Of a stretch of 52,113 bases of DNA, positions 7,620 to 17,022 are shown in pieces. Numbering within the stretch: position 1 is the stretch's first letter; every line of letters begins with the position of its first letter. This DNA comes from a virus. Below the pieces are notes generated by a model. That model saw only the letters and a list, made by a program, of their open reading frames with translations. It had not been told where the DNA came from and did no database searches. A program made the translations under genes and the position numbers. The stretch is from positions 1 through 52,113 of the IMG/VR virus record IMGVR_UViG_3300014349_000035; one strand, 5' to 3'.

Positions 7620-8002
7620 CCACACGAGAGAAGCTCATCGAGGCGGCAACGCGAGCGGCCATGTATTCCGAGGTCGTTACCGCTGATCATGGCGACGTGG
7701 CCCGCGTGGACAACTGGCCCGAGGTCATCGACGCCATCCTCGACACCCTGCGGGAGGCTATGCCCGGCCTCTACTGGACGGTTCGCGAGGCCAGCCTGGG
7801 AACCGATCCCGACGACGGCTCCGATTTGCCCATCTGGGACAATTGGGAAACGCCGGACAATAGCGCTGAATCGCGCGGCGTGTGGAAGGCCGTTGTCGGA
7901 TACGACATCTACCACGTCAGCTACGATTGGCCCTCGTGGCAGGAGGCGGTTCTGACGAAGGCGCATCACGCCATGATCGACCACATTAGGAGCGGGAAGT
8001 GA
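7616..8002 (+). CDS. hypothetical protein
   Basis: 128-aa ORF, ATGA-coupled, acidic. Confidence 0.55.
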   Translation: MTTREKLIEAATRAAMYSEVVTADHGDVARVDNWPEVIDAILDTLREAMPGLYWTVREASLGTDPDDGSDLPIWDNWETPDNSAESRGVWKAVVGYDIYHVSYDWPSWQEAVLTKAHHAMIDHIRSGK

Positions 8003-8045
8003 GGCCCCACCCGTGGCGTCTCGCCGCCCCTCGGCGCCCCACATC

Positions 8046-8060
8046 TTGACGGCCCGTCAA
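8046..8060. promoter_or_regulatory. perfect 15-bp palindrome TTGACGGCCCGTCAA overlapping a -35-like TTGACG; candidate late promoter/operator
   Basis: Lies at the start of a ~400-nt non-coding leader before the packaging/head operon. CTATCCAT follows 17-18 nt downstream. Confidence 0.35.
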
Positions 8061-8405
8061 TTTTACGCCTATCCATAGCGCATTCGGCGTTTCACGCCCG
8101 GAACCACCCCCGTCTGTGTGCTGCGGTGCGCCAACGGCCAGCTCGGGGGTAGGGAAGGCGGGCCGGATCACCACCATCGAGATCGCCAGCGGGCCACGCC
8201 CAGCCAGGCGAACGTGCACCGCGCCCGTATAGCGCGGCAGGTTATCGGCGAGCCCTGAGAAAGCCCGCCCAACCCCATCCCCGCGCGTCCCTCCGGCCTG
8301 CTCACCCCGGGCCAGGCCGTCACCCGACCCCCTGCCACCCGTGCGCGGGGTCTGTTCAGGCGGGAGAAGGGCGTCAGCCCGGGGACCACAACCCCAGGGA
8401 CCACC

Positions 8406-8768
8406 ATGAACACCAAGCCGACGCGGGTGCGCGTCCGTGCGAAGCCGAAGCCCCTCCGGAGTCCGGAGCAGATCGCGGAGGAACAAGCGTTCATCGAGGC
8501 CGGCGGCATCATCGTCGCCAGTCCGGACGAGGCGCGGATGATCGCGGAGAAGGAGCGTCGCGACCTGGCCACCAGTCTCACCGTCGACGACCTCCGGGCC
8601 AAGCTCTCCGACCTCACCGGCATCCGCCAGCGGGCCGCCTCCGAGATCGAGCGCCTCGCCTCCGAGCACGCCGCCATGACCCGCAACCTCCTCGCCATCG
8701 ACGGCGCCATCCAGGCCGTCTCCGAGCTGGTCGAGGCGGCCGAGGGCAAGGGTGCGGCCGATGCCTGA
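8406..8768 (+). CDS. hypothetical coiled-coil protein
   Basis: 120-aa ORF, first gene after the long leader. Confidence 0.55.
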   Translation: MNTKPTRVRVRAKPKPLRSPEQIAEEQAFIEAGGIIVASPDEARMIAEKERRDLATSLTVDDLRAKLSDLTGIRQRAASEIERLASEHAAMTRNLLAIDGAIQAVSELVEAAEGKGAADA

Positions 8769-8937
8769 CGACCTCATCCACGCGACCGCCAGTCTCGCAG
8801 ACAGCCTTCGTCGCGTGATCTTGGCGCTCCAGACCTGCGACGAGGCCCTGGTCGACGAGGCCGCGGCCAAGCTCGCCGACGCTGACCGACACCTCCTCCG
8901 CGCCGTCGAGGCCAAGGGGAAGAGCGAGGAGGCCTGA
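8761..8937 (+). CDS. hypothetical protein
   Basis: 58 aa from the ATG at 8761, overlapping the upstream stop. Confidence 0.45.
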   Translation: MPDDLIHATASLADSLRRVILALQTCDEALVDEAAAKLADADRHLLRAVEAKGKSEEA

Positions 8938-8939
8938 CC

Positions 8940-9425
8940 ATGCCCGCCGGCCGTCCCTCCAAGTTCAAACCCGAGTTCGTCGAGCAGGCCCGCAAGCTTG
9001 CTGCTCTCGGCGCCACCGACCGCGAAGTGGCAGAATTCTTCGATGTCGACGAGCGCACGCTCTACCGCTGGAAGCACGAGCACGAGGCATTTTGTCAGGC
9101 CCTAAAGGTCGGCAAGGACACGGCGGACCAGCGGGTCGAGCAGGCCCTCTATCGCCGGGCAATCGGCTACACCCAGGACGACACGCACTTCTCGTCCTAC
9201 GAAGGCGTTGTGACGCAGACGCCCTATGTGAAGCAGGTGCCGCCGGACACGACCGCCGCGATCTTCTGGCTCAAGAACCGCAAGCCCGACGAGTGGCGCG
9301 ACAAGGCCCACGTCGAGCATGGTGGAACCGTCGAGGTAACAGATGCCCGCGAGCGGCTTGCACGTCTCGTCGCTGGCCACGCTTCCGCCGGAGGAACTGG
9401 CGAAGGCGCTGGCAAGCCTCACTGA
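8940..9425 (+). CDS. terS: terminase small subunit
   Basis: GRPSKFKPEFVEQARKLAALGATDREVAEFFDVDERTLYRWKHEHEAFCQAL is the usual TerS HTH N-terminus. Sits immediately upstream of TerL. Confidence 0.8.
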   Translation: MPAGRPSKFKPEFVEQARKLAALGATDREVAEFFDVDERTLYRWKHEHEAFCQALKVGKDTADQRVEQALYRRAIGYTQDDTHFSSYEGVVTQTPYVKQVPPDTTAAIFWLKNRKPDEWRDKAHVEHGGTVEVTDARERLARLVAGHASAGGTGEGAGKPH

Positions 9426-10701
9426 AGCCGAGGCGGACGAACTCTTCCACGACTGGCGCTTCACGGCCCGGACTGAGCAGATCGCCCCTGACGGCGACTG
9501 GCAGGTCTGGGCCTATATCGCTGGTCGTGGGGCCGGGAAGACCCGATCCGGCGCCGAGTGGGTGCGGGAGAAGGTCAAGGCCGGGTGCAGCCGCATCGCC
9601 CTGATCGCTCCGACCGCCGGCGACGCCCGCGACGTCATGGTCGAGGGGGACAGCGGCATCCTGTCGGTCTGCTGGTCGGGGGACAAGGACCACAAGGGCA
9701 ACACGACCGGCCGCCCGATCTACGAGCCCTCCAAGCGCCGCCTGACCTGGGCGAACGGCGCGATGGCCACGACCTACTCGGCAGACGAGCCTGACCGTCT
9801 TCGGGGGCCGCAGCACGACGCGGGCTGGTGCGACGAGATCGCGGCGTGGAACTACGGGCAGGAAGCGTGGGATATGTTCATGTTCGGCCTGCGCCTCGGC
9901 TCCGCTCCGCAGGCGATGGTCACGACTACCCCGCGCCCGATCCCGCTGCTGCGTCAGATCATGGCCAGCGCCAACACGGTGATCACCCGGGGCTCGACCT
10001 ACGCCAACCGGGCCAACCTCGCCGCCTCGTTCCTGGACAAGATCGTCACCCGTTACGAGGGGACGCGGCTCGGAAGGCAGGAACTCCTCGGCGAGATGCT
10101 GGACGACGTGCCCGGCGCACTCTGGACGCGGGACATGATCGACGCGGCCAAGCGCGACGTGAGGATCCCTGACCTTCGGCGCGTCGTGGTGGCCGTTGAC
10201 CCCAGCGGCACGCGCGGCCAGTCCGACGAAGGCGACAGCATCGGGATCGTGGTCGCCGGCCAAGGCGTCGACGGCATCGGCTACGTTCTCGCCGACCGGA
10301 CCTGCAAGCTATCGCCCGATGGCTGGGGCAGGCGGGCCGTGGACGCCTACCGGGAGTTCAAGGCCGACCGCATCGTCGCCGAGCGCAATTTCGGCGGCGC
10401 CATGGTCGAGCATGTCATCCGCACCGTCGACCGCTCCGTGCCCTACAAGGAGGTCACGGCGGCCCGCGGCAAGATCATCCGCGCAGAGCCGATCGCCGCC
10501 CTCTACGAGCAGGGCAGGGTCAGGCACGCGCCCGGCCTCACCGACCTGGAAGACCAACTCTGCGCGATGACGAGCGACGGCTACCTCGGCGACGGCTCGC
10601 CCGACCGCGCCGACGCCCTCGTCTGGGCTCTGAGCGAACTGGCGCTAACACCAGAGCATGACTTCACCTGGCACGTCGGCGGCGAGGCAATCAACGCCTG
10701 A
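9343..10701 (+). CDS. terL: terminase large subunit
   Basis: Walker A-like AGRGAGKTRSGAEWV, with a nuclease half downstream. 452 aa. Overlaps terS by 83 nt. Confidence 0.9.
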   Translation: MPASGLHVSSLATLPPEELAKALASLTEAEADELFHDWRFTARTEQIAPDGDWQVWAYIAGRGAGKTRSGAEWVREKVKAGCSRIALIAPTAGDARDVMVEGDSGILSVCWSGDKDHKGNTTGRPIYEPSKRRLTWANGAMATTYSADEPDRLRGPQHDAGWCDEIAAWNYGQEAWDMFMFGLRLGSAPQAMVTTTPRPIPLLRQIMASANTVITRGSTYANRANLAASFLDKIVTRYEGTRLGRQELLGEMLDDVPGALWTRDMIDAAKRDVRIPDLRRVVVAVDPSGTRGQSDEGDSIGIVVAGQGVDGIGYVLADRTCKLSPDGWGRRAVDAYREFKADRIVAERNFGGAMVEHVIRTVDRSVPYKEVTAARGKIIRAEPIAALYEQGRVRHAPGLTDLEDQLCAMTSDGYLGDGSPDRADALVWALSELALTPEHDFTWHVGGEAINA

Positions 10702-10730
10702 GTCCATCACCACTTAACGGAGGCGCGACG

Positions 10731-10976
10731 ATGCAGATCGGCCGCATCGAGGGCGCCACGCGCGTGCTCGGCCAGTCGCAAGGCTATCTCGGCCTGCCTG
10801 TCCGCGACGAAATGATCGAGTGCGACGTCGGCGGCTTCACACCCGCCATGACGACGGCCTGGCTGCCGACGCAGGAAGAGATCGACGCCATCGTGGCCGG
10901 CGCACCGATCTACCTGCGCATCCTCGGCACCGGCCATCCGCCGGTCATGCTCATGGTCGGTCAGGCCCCGGAATGA
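10731..10976 (+). CDS. hypothetical protein
   Basis: 81-aa ORF between terL and portal, ATGA-coupled to portal. Confidence 0.5.
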   Translation: MQIGRIEGATRVLGQSQGYLGLPVRDEMIECDVGGFTPAMTTAWLPTQEEIDAIVAGAPIYLRILGTGHPPVMLMVGQAPE

Positions 10977-12415
10977 AGCTCTGGCCCCTCTTCCAGCGTC
11001 CTGTAGAGGCCAAGGCCTCGGGCGCTGGGCAGGCGATCTCCGCGCACGTCGTGGGCCGTCCGGTCTGGACGCCGCGCGACTACGGCCGGCTGGCTGACGA
11101 GGCCTACGTCCGCAATGCCGTGGGCTTCCGGTGTGTGAAGCTGATCGCGGGTTCGGCTGCGGCTGCGCCCTGGCTCCTCACGACGAAGAGCGGGGACGAG
11201 ATCGAGAGCCACCCGCTGCTTGACCTGCTGCACCGTCCAGGACCCAACGTCGGCGGCGCGGCACTGTTCGAGGCCTTCTTCGCCTACCTGCTGATCAGCG
11301 GGAACACCTACCTCGAGGCCGTGGGTCCGGACGGCAAGCCCCCGCGCGAGCTCTGGAACCTGCGGCCCGACCGGACCAAGCCGATCGCCGGGCCCTATGG
11401 GATGCCCTCGGGCTACGAGTACGAGGCCAACGGGCAGATCAAGCGCTGGCAGGCCGATCCACTGACCGGCGCGGGGCCGATCCTGCACCTGCGCGAGTTC
11501 CACCCGCTGAACGACTGGCTGGGTCTTGGCCGGGCTGAGCCGGCCGCCTACGGCATCGACCGCCACAACGCCGCCTCGGCGCACAACAAGGCCCTGCTGG
11601 ACAACGGCGCGCGGCCGTCGGGGGCAATGGTCTTCACGCCGGTCACGATGCCAGACGGCTCGGTCAAGACGGCCCCGCCGGAGGTCATCGACAAGGCGAC
11701 CAAGGATCTGGAGAAGCGCTCCGGCCCATCGAAGGCCGGCTCGCCCATGGTCCTCGGCGGAAACGTCAACTGGCTTGAAATGGGCATCAGCCCGAAGGAC
11801 ATGGACTTCGGCATGGGCAAGGAGGACGCCGCGCGCGACATCTGCGTGTCGTTCGGCGTGCCCCACATCCTGATCGTCCCGGGGCAATCGACCTACAACA
11901 ACGTCCGCGAGGCCAAGCTGGAACTGTGGGAGGACACCATCCTCCCGCTGATCGACAAGACCCTGGACGCGCTCAATGCGTGGCTGGTCCCGCAGTTCGG
12001 CGAAGACCTGCGGCTGGGTATCGACCTGGACGAGATCAGCGCCCTTGAGCCTCGCCGCGAGGCCAAGCGCAAGAGCGTGGTCGAGCTGCTGGACAAGGGC
12101 GTCCTTGACGAGGAGGAGGCCCGCGAGGCCCTGCAGTACGGCCCGCGCGCGGCCAACTCGGTCCGCAAGGTCGACGCCGCCGTGCTCAAGGCCCTGATGG
12201 ACGGCGCGGCGCGCGACACCACGCTCTTTGAGCCGCTCTACCGCTACATGAAGTCGGTCGGCCTCGTGGCCCCCGACGCCACGATGGAAAGCCTCATGGA
12301 CGCCGCCGCCAGCCTTCTGGCAGGGCGGGCCGAAGACCCGGAGCTTGACGCCAACACGCCCGCGCCAGGGAGCGCCGAGGAGGATCCTGCCGATGCTGAC
12401 TCGGCTGCAAATTAA
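10973..12415 (+). CDS. portal protein
   Basis: 480 aa from the ATG at 10973. Position follows TerL. Sequence pattern is typical of HK97/GTA-type portals. Confidence 0.9.
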   Translation: MKLWPLFQRPVEAKASGAGQAISAHVVGRPVWTPRDYGRLADEAYVRNAVGFRCVKLIAGSAAAAPWLLTTKSGDEIESHPLLDLLHRPGPNVGGAALFEAFFAYLLISGNTYLEAVGPDGKPPRELWNLRPDRTKPIAGPYGMPSGYEYEANGQIKRWQADPLTGAGPILHLREFHPLNDWLGLGRAEPAAYGIDRHNAASAHNKALLDNGARPSGAMVFTPVTMPDGSVKTAPPEVIDKATKDLEKRSGPSKAGSPMVLGGNVNWLEMGISPKDMDFGMGKEDAARDICVSFGVPHILIVPGQSTYNNVREAKLELWEDTILPLIDKTLDALNAWLVPQFGEDLRLGIDLDEISALEPRREAKRKSVVELLDKGVLDEEEAREALQYGPRAANSVRKVDAAVLKALMDGAARDTTLFEPLYRYMKSVGLVAPDATMESLMDAAASLLAGRAEDPELDANTPAPGSAEEDPADADSAAN

Positions 12416-13112
12416 GACCGCCGGTGACGGCAGCGAGCACGGCGACGCGCTCGAGCTGGACGTCAAGGGCCTGTCGGACCAAGGCGAGTTCGAGGGCTAC
12501 GCCTCGACCTTCGGCAACGTCGACCGCGGCAACGACATCGTGGTCTCGGGCTGCTTCCAGGAGAGCCTGAACAAGCGCCCCGCGGCCAAGGTCAAGATGC
12601 TGCTCCACCACGACCCGCGGCGCATCTGCGGCGTCTGGACCGAGATGGCCGAAGACAGCCGGGGCCTCCGGGTCAAGGGCAAGCTCCTCCTCACAACCCA
12701 GGACGGGCGAGAGACCTACGAGCTGATGCGCGCCGGCGCCCTGGACAGCATGTCGATCGGCTACCGGCCGACGCTCGACGAGATCGACCGCACCACGGGC
12801 GTCCGCCGCATTCTGAAGGCCGATCTGCGGGAGGTCTCGATTGTGACCTTCCCGATGAACGAGCGCTGCACCGTTGGCGCCGTGAAGACTATGCTCAACC
12901 TGAGCTCTGACGATCTGCGCGATCTTGAGGCGGCCCTTCGTGACGAAGGGCTTTCGCGCACGGACGCCGTGACGGCAGTTTCCGGCTTCAAGGCCTGGCT
13001 CCAGCGTGACGCTGGGGTGTCGGATCGGGATCAGCGCGACGCTGTGACCCCGGCGCAAGTCGCGGCGGCACACGCCGTCTTCGAAGAGTTCGCCAAGCGC
13101 CTGCGGGCCTGA
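12393..13112 (+). CDS. prohead (HK97-family) maturation protease
   Basis: ATG at 12393 after GAGGAGGA. FEGYASTFGNVDRGNDIVVSGCF motif. Lies between portal and capsid. Confidence 0.9.
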   Translation: MLTRLQIKTAGDGSEHGDALELDVKGLSDQGEFEGYASTFGNVDRGNDIVVSGCFQESLNKRPAAKVKMLLHHDPRRICGVWTEMAEDSRGLRVKGKLLLTTQDGRETYELMRAGALDSMSIGYRPTLDEIDRTTGVRRILKADLREVSIVTFPMNERCTVGAVKTMLNLSSDDLRDLEAALRDEGLSRTDAVTAVSGFKAWLQRDAGVSDRDQRDAVTPAQVAAAHAVFEEFAKRLRA

Positions 13113-13153
13113 CGACCTCGCCACCACGCACCAGGCCCAAGGAGGCCACTACC

Positions 13154-14509
13154 ATGACCAAGCTCGCTCACGCGGGACGCGTCTCGCCGCGCCCGTTCGA
13201 ACGCAAGGACGACAACGGCGCCGGCAACGTCGTCGCCGAGATGAAGAAGGCCGTCGAGCCCGTGATGACTGCCTTCGAGCAGTACAAGCAGGCCAACGAC
13301 GCCCGTCTCGCCGAGATCGAGAAGAAGGGGGTGGCCGATCCGGTCACGACCGACAAGCTCGCCAAGCTGGACCAGCACTTCGACAAGTACGAAGGCCTGA
13401 ACCAGCGCATCACCGCCGCCGAGAAGATCGCCGATCAGGTCAAGTCGATCGACGAGCGCTTCGACCGCCTCGAGACGGCGCTGAAGCGCACCACCAACGG
13501 CATGTCGCCGGAGGAAAAGGCCGAGCGCACCAACCTCTGGTGCAAGTCGGTCGTGCTCGCCCACACCCTGGGCGTGCCGAACCTGTCGGCCGAACAGCGG
13601 GAAGTGCTCGAGGCCGTCAACAACGAGTACAAGTCGCTGAGCGTCGGTGTCGACAGCGCCGGCGGCTACCTGGCACCGGTCGAGTACGTCCGCGAGATCA
13701 TCAAGGGCGAGACCGAGATCAGCCCCTTCCGCAGCCTGGTCCGCGTGCGCCAGACGGCCAACAAGTCGGTGCAGCTGCCCAAGCGCACCGGCCAGTTCGC
13801 CGCCCAGCGCGTGTCGGAACAGGGCACGCGCTCCGAGACCACGGGTCTCACCTACGGTCTCGAAGAAGTGCCGGTCCACGAGCTGTTCGCCCTCGTCGAC
13901 ATCTCGAACGCCATGCTGGAGGACTCTGCCTTCGACATGGCCGCCGAGATCTCGATGGAGGCCCAGGAGCAGTTCGCGGTGAAGGAAGGCGCGGAGTTCG
14001 TCTCCGGCACCGGCGTCGGCCAGGCCGAGGGCATCCTCGCCACCAGTGCCGGCCTCTCCAGCACTGTCTCGGGCACGGCGACGACCATCGCGGACGCGGA
14101 CGGCCAGGCCAATGGCCTGCTGACCCTGAAGCACGCGATCAAGACCGCCTACACGCGCAACGCCAACTGGGCGATGAACCGCACCACGCTGGGTTCGGTC
14201 CGCAAGCTCAAGGACGCGGACAAGAACTACATCTGGATGCCGGGCCTGGCGCAGGGCAAGCCGAACACCATCGACGGCGACCCCTACATCGAGGTGCCGG
14301 ACATGCCGAACGAGGGGGCGAACACCTACCCCATCGCCTACGGCGACTTCCGCCGCGGCTATGTCTGGATCGACCGGATCTCGATGGAGATGCTGCGCGA
14401 CCCGTACACGCAGGCCACCTCGGGCAACGTGCGGTTCATCATCCGCAAGCGCTCGGGCGGTCAGGTCGTGCTCGCCGAGGCCATCCGCCTCCTGAAGTGC
14501 TCGACCTAG
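13154..14509 (+). CDS. major capsid protein, HK97 fold
   Basis: 451 aa with a coiled-coil delta-domain-like N-terminus followed by the capsid body. AAGGAGG RBS. Position follows the protease. Confidence 0.9.
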   Translation: MTKLAHAGRVSPRPFERKDDNGAGNVVAEMKKAVEPVMTAFEQYKQANDARLAEIEKKGVADPVTTDKLAKLDQHFDKYEGLNQRITAAEKIADQVKSIDERFDRLETALKRTTNGMSPEEKAERTNLWCKSVVLAHTLGVPNLSAEQREVLEAVNNEYKSLSVGVDSAGGYLAPVEYVREIIKGETEISPFRSLVRVRQTANKSVQLPKRTGQFAAQRVSEQGTRSETTGLTYGLEEVPVHELFALVDISNAMLEDSAFDMAAEISMEAQEQFAVKEGAEFVSGTGVGQAEGILATSAGLSSTVSGTATTIADADGQANGLLTLKHAIKTAYTRNANWAMNRTTLGSVRKLKDADKNYIWMPGLAQGKPNTIDGDPYIEVPDMPNEGANTYPIAYGDFRRGYVWIDRISMEMLRDPYTQATSGNVRFIIRKRSGGQVVLAEAIRLLKCST

Positions 14510-14526
14510 TCGGCGCCGGAACCAAC

Positions 14527-14552
14527 GCGGCCCGCTGACAACGGCGGGCCGC
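14527..14552 (+). terminator. hairpin after the capsid gene
   Basis: GCGGCCCGC-8 nt loop-GCGGGCCGC, followed by TCCTCCCATTCC. Confidence 0.4.
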
Positions 14553-14583
14553 TCCTCCCATTCCAGAAGAAGGCATTTCTTCG

Positions 14584-15012
14584 ATGTTCGACCTCCACAA
14601 CAACATCAAGCGCGTGCGCTCGATCTCGCCCATCGCGATCGGCACCACGGGCACCGGCCAGGCCGGCAAGATTGTCGACACCCAAGGCTACGAGGCTGTC
14701 GAGTTCGAATTCGACTACGGGGCGATCACGGCCACGGCCGCGGTCTTCACGCCGGTCGTCAAGCACGGCGACGCGACGGGCTCCATGACCTCGATCGCCG
14801 ACTCGGACCTGATCGGCACCGAGGCGAACGCCGGCATCGCGGCCGGCGCCAGGACCTCCGGCGTCAACCGCAACGTCAGCAAGCGGCTCGGCTACAAGGG
14901 CGGCAAGCGCTACGTCCAGGTGTCGAAGCTGTCCTCGACCGCCACGGCCGGCACGCCGGTCTCGGCCACGGTCCTGCTCGCGGTTCCGCGCCACGCGCCG
15001 GTCGCTACCTAA
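14584..15012 (+). CDS. hypothetical virion protein (possible head decoration/cement protein)
   Basis: 142 aa, Thr/Ser/Gly-rich, immediately after the capsid gene. Confidence 0.5.
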   Translation: MFDLHNNIKRVRSISPIAIGTTGTGQAGKIVDTQGYEAVEFEFDYGAITATAAVFTPVVKHGDATGSMTSIADSDLIGTEANAGIAAGARTSGVNRNVSKRLGYKGGKRYVQVSKLSSTATAGTPVSATVLLAVPRHAPVAT

Positions 15013-15052
15013 TCGACGCCGGGTGCTCGGGGGAGACCCCGGCACGTCGATA

Positions 15053-15081
15053 CCGCGCCGCTTCTCCCAAGGGCGGCGCGG
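15053..15081 (+). terminator. GC hairpin upstream of the methyltransferase-fusion gene
   Basis: CCGCGCCGC-11 nt loop-GCGGCGCGG. Confidence 0.3.
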
Positions 15082-15121
15082 GCCCCGGTTCTCCCCCGAC
15101 TACCTCTCCCCCGAGGAATAA

Positions 15122-16507
15122 ATGCCCAAGACCGGCCTGAAGAGCGGTGAGCGCCAGGTGGCGACCCGCATCGAAGACGTCCGCCGCGACCACCGCGCCC
15201 GCTACGAGTGGGCGGCCAAGAACCTCGTGCCAGGTAGTTACGTAATCGACTGCGGCTGCGGCATCGGATACGGCGCGCGCATCCTCGCCGACGCCGGACA
15301 CCGGGTCTTTGCGGTCGACGCCGACGCCGAGACTATCGAGTTCGCGCGGGAGCGTTTCGGCCACCCGAACATCGAATTCTACCACTCGCCGGCCGAGGCC
15401 ATCGACTTCCCGCAAGCCGAAGCCGCCGTGTGCTTCGAGATGATCGAGCATGTCGCCAACCCGCGGCCGATCCTCAAGGCCCTGCGCGCCGCCGCTCCGG
15501 TGCTGCTGGCCAGCGTGCCGAACGAAGACGATTTCCCGTGGAAGCCCGAGTACGCCTTCCACCACCGGCACTACACGCCCGACCAGTTCGCCGATCTGCT
15601 CAACGACGCCGGCTATGAGCTTGCCGAGTGCCTCGGCCAAGTCGATGCCGAAGCCGATGTTCGTCCCCGGAGCGAAACCCGGAACCTGTGGCAAGGCCGC
15701 ACGCTGGTGGCGGTCGCTCGCCGCCGTGTGGTGGACCTCGCCGAGCCGACGTCCGCTTCCCAACTCGCGCCTGAGCCCAAAGGCCTCGGCCACGTCGTGA
15801 TCATCGGCCTCGGCCCGTCCGCCGAGCAGTACATGGACCTGACCAAGCGCCTCGGCGGGCGCTCGCGGTTCGCCGATCAAGTCTGGGCCATCAACGGGCT
15901 GGGCGACGTCCTGGCCTGCGACATGGTCTTCCACATGGACGACATCCGCGTGCAGGAGCGTCGCGCCGAGGCCGCGCCGGACAGCAATATCGCCACGATG
16001 GTCCGCTGGATGAAGAGCCATCCGGGGCCGATCATGACCAGCCGGGCGCATCCGGACTATCCGGGCCTCGTCGAGTTCCCGCTCGAGGACGTGATCAACG
16101 ACCTCGGCTACGCCTACTTCAACGGCACGGCGGCCTATGCGGCGGCCTACGCGATCCACCGCGGCGCCTCGAAGATCAGCTTCTTCGGCTGCGACTACAC
16201 CTACGCGAACAGCCACCAGGCCGAGAAGGGCAGGGCCTGCCTCGAGTTCTGGATCGGCTACGCGGCCGCGCGGGGCATCGACCTGGGCTTCGCCGACCGG
16301 ACGTCGCTCATGGATACCTGCGAGGATCCGGCCGACGCGGGCGAGCTCAACGTCTACGGCTACGACTTCGACACCGTCCGGATCGACACCTCGACCGGAA
16401 AGGCGCGCCTGACCTTCGAGCCGAAGGACAACCCGCCCACGGCCGCCGAGATGGAAGATCGATACGACCATAGCGCGCACCCCAACCCGCTGGTCACCAA
16501 GGCCTGA
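15122..16507 (+). CDS. fusion protein: class I SAM-dependent methyltransferase + MptE/Maf-like (DUF115-like) domain
   Basis: N-terminal half has VIDCGCGIGYGARILAD (SAM motif I) ... CFEMIEHV. C-terminal half has VVIIGLGPSAEQY ... CDMVFHMDD ... FNGTAAYAAAYAIHRGASKISFFGCDY, resembling MptE/Maf-type domains. Confidence 0.75.
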   Translation: MPKTGLKSGERQVATRIEDVRRDHRARYEWAAKNLVPGSYVIDCGCGIGYGARILADAGHRVFAVDADAETIEFARERFGHPNIEFYHSPAEAIDFPQAEAAVCFEMIEHVANPRPILKALRAAAPVLLASVPNEDDFPWKPEYAFHHRHYTPDQFADLLNDAGYELAECLGQVDAEADVRPRSETRNLWQGRTLVAVARRRVVDLAEPTSASQLAPEPKGLGHVVIIGLGPSAEQYMDLTKRLGGRSRFADQVWAINGLGDVLACDMVFHMDDIRVQERRAEAAPDSNIATMVRWMKSHPGPIMTSRAHPDYPGLVEFPLEDVINDLGYAYFNGTAAYAAAYAIHRGASKISFFGCDYTYANSHQAEKGRACLEFWIGYAAARGIDLGFADRTSLMDTCEDPADAGELNVYGYDFDTVRIDTSTGKARLTFEPKDNPPTAAEMEDRYDHSAHPNPLVTKA

Positions 16508-16518
16508 AGGAGAGACCC

Positions 16519-16806
16519 ATGAAGGCGCTCAAGGCTTTCGCCTACTCGCATGACGGCTTCACCCTGAAGCACCTGGCGGTCGGGGACGACGCCTCCGACG
16601 TTCCGGCTGATGCAGTCGAGGGCCTGAAGGCTGAGGGCTACATCGGCGACGGCAAGGGCAAGGTCGTCGAGACCAAGGTCGACGAGGCCCCGCAGAAGAC
16701 CGGCGCGGCCGAGCCCGTCGAGACCACGCTGACTCCCGCTCAAGTCGAGGCCCTGGACCGAGACGGCGACGGCAAGGCCGGCGGGTCGAAGAAGAAGGGC
16801 GCCTGA
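16519..16806 (+). CDS. hypothetical protein
   Basis: 95 aa, AAGGAGAG RBS. Confidence 0.55.
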   Translation: MKALKAFAYSHDGFTLKHLAVGDDASDVPADAVEGLKAEGYIGDGKGKVVETKVDEAPQKTGAAEPVETTLTPAQVEALDRDGDGKAGGSKKKGA

Positions 16807-16809
16807 CCC

Positions 16810-17022
16810 ATGGCGAGCGACGCCGACGCGATCCTCAACGCCATGGCGGCCTCCGGTGACGTCTGGCTCACCGACTCGCGAGGCCTGCGCGACGACGGCT
16901 CAGCCGCCCTGTTCGGCGGCTCGATCATCGCGCCGAGCCTCGACGCGGCCCAGGCGATCGCCGACGCTCGGCCCTTCCGCGAGACCGTGATCGGGCAACT
17001 GTTCCGGACCGGTGACGCCTGA
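16810..17022 (+). CDS. hypothetical protein
   Basis: 70-aa ORF, tightly packed. Confidence 0.45.
   Translation: MASDADAILNAMAASGDVWLTDSRGLRDDGSAALFGGSIIAPSLDAAQAIADARPFRETVIGQLFRTGDA

Noticed and set aside
9343-9425. The 83-nt terS/terL overlap as a programmed frameshift or fusion.
   Set aside because: terL has its own ATG at 9343, and the conserved N-terminal TerL sequence (LATLPPEEL...) starts right after it. Simple overlapping genes explain the arrangement.
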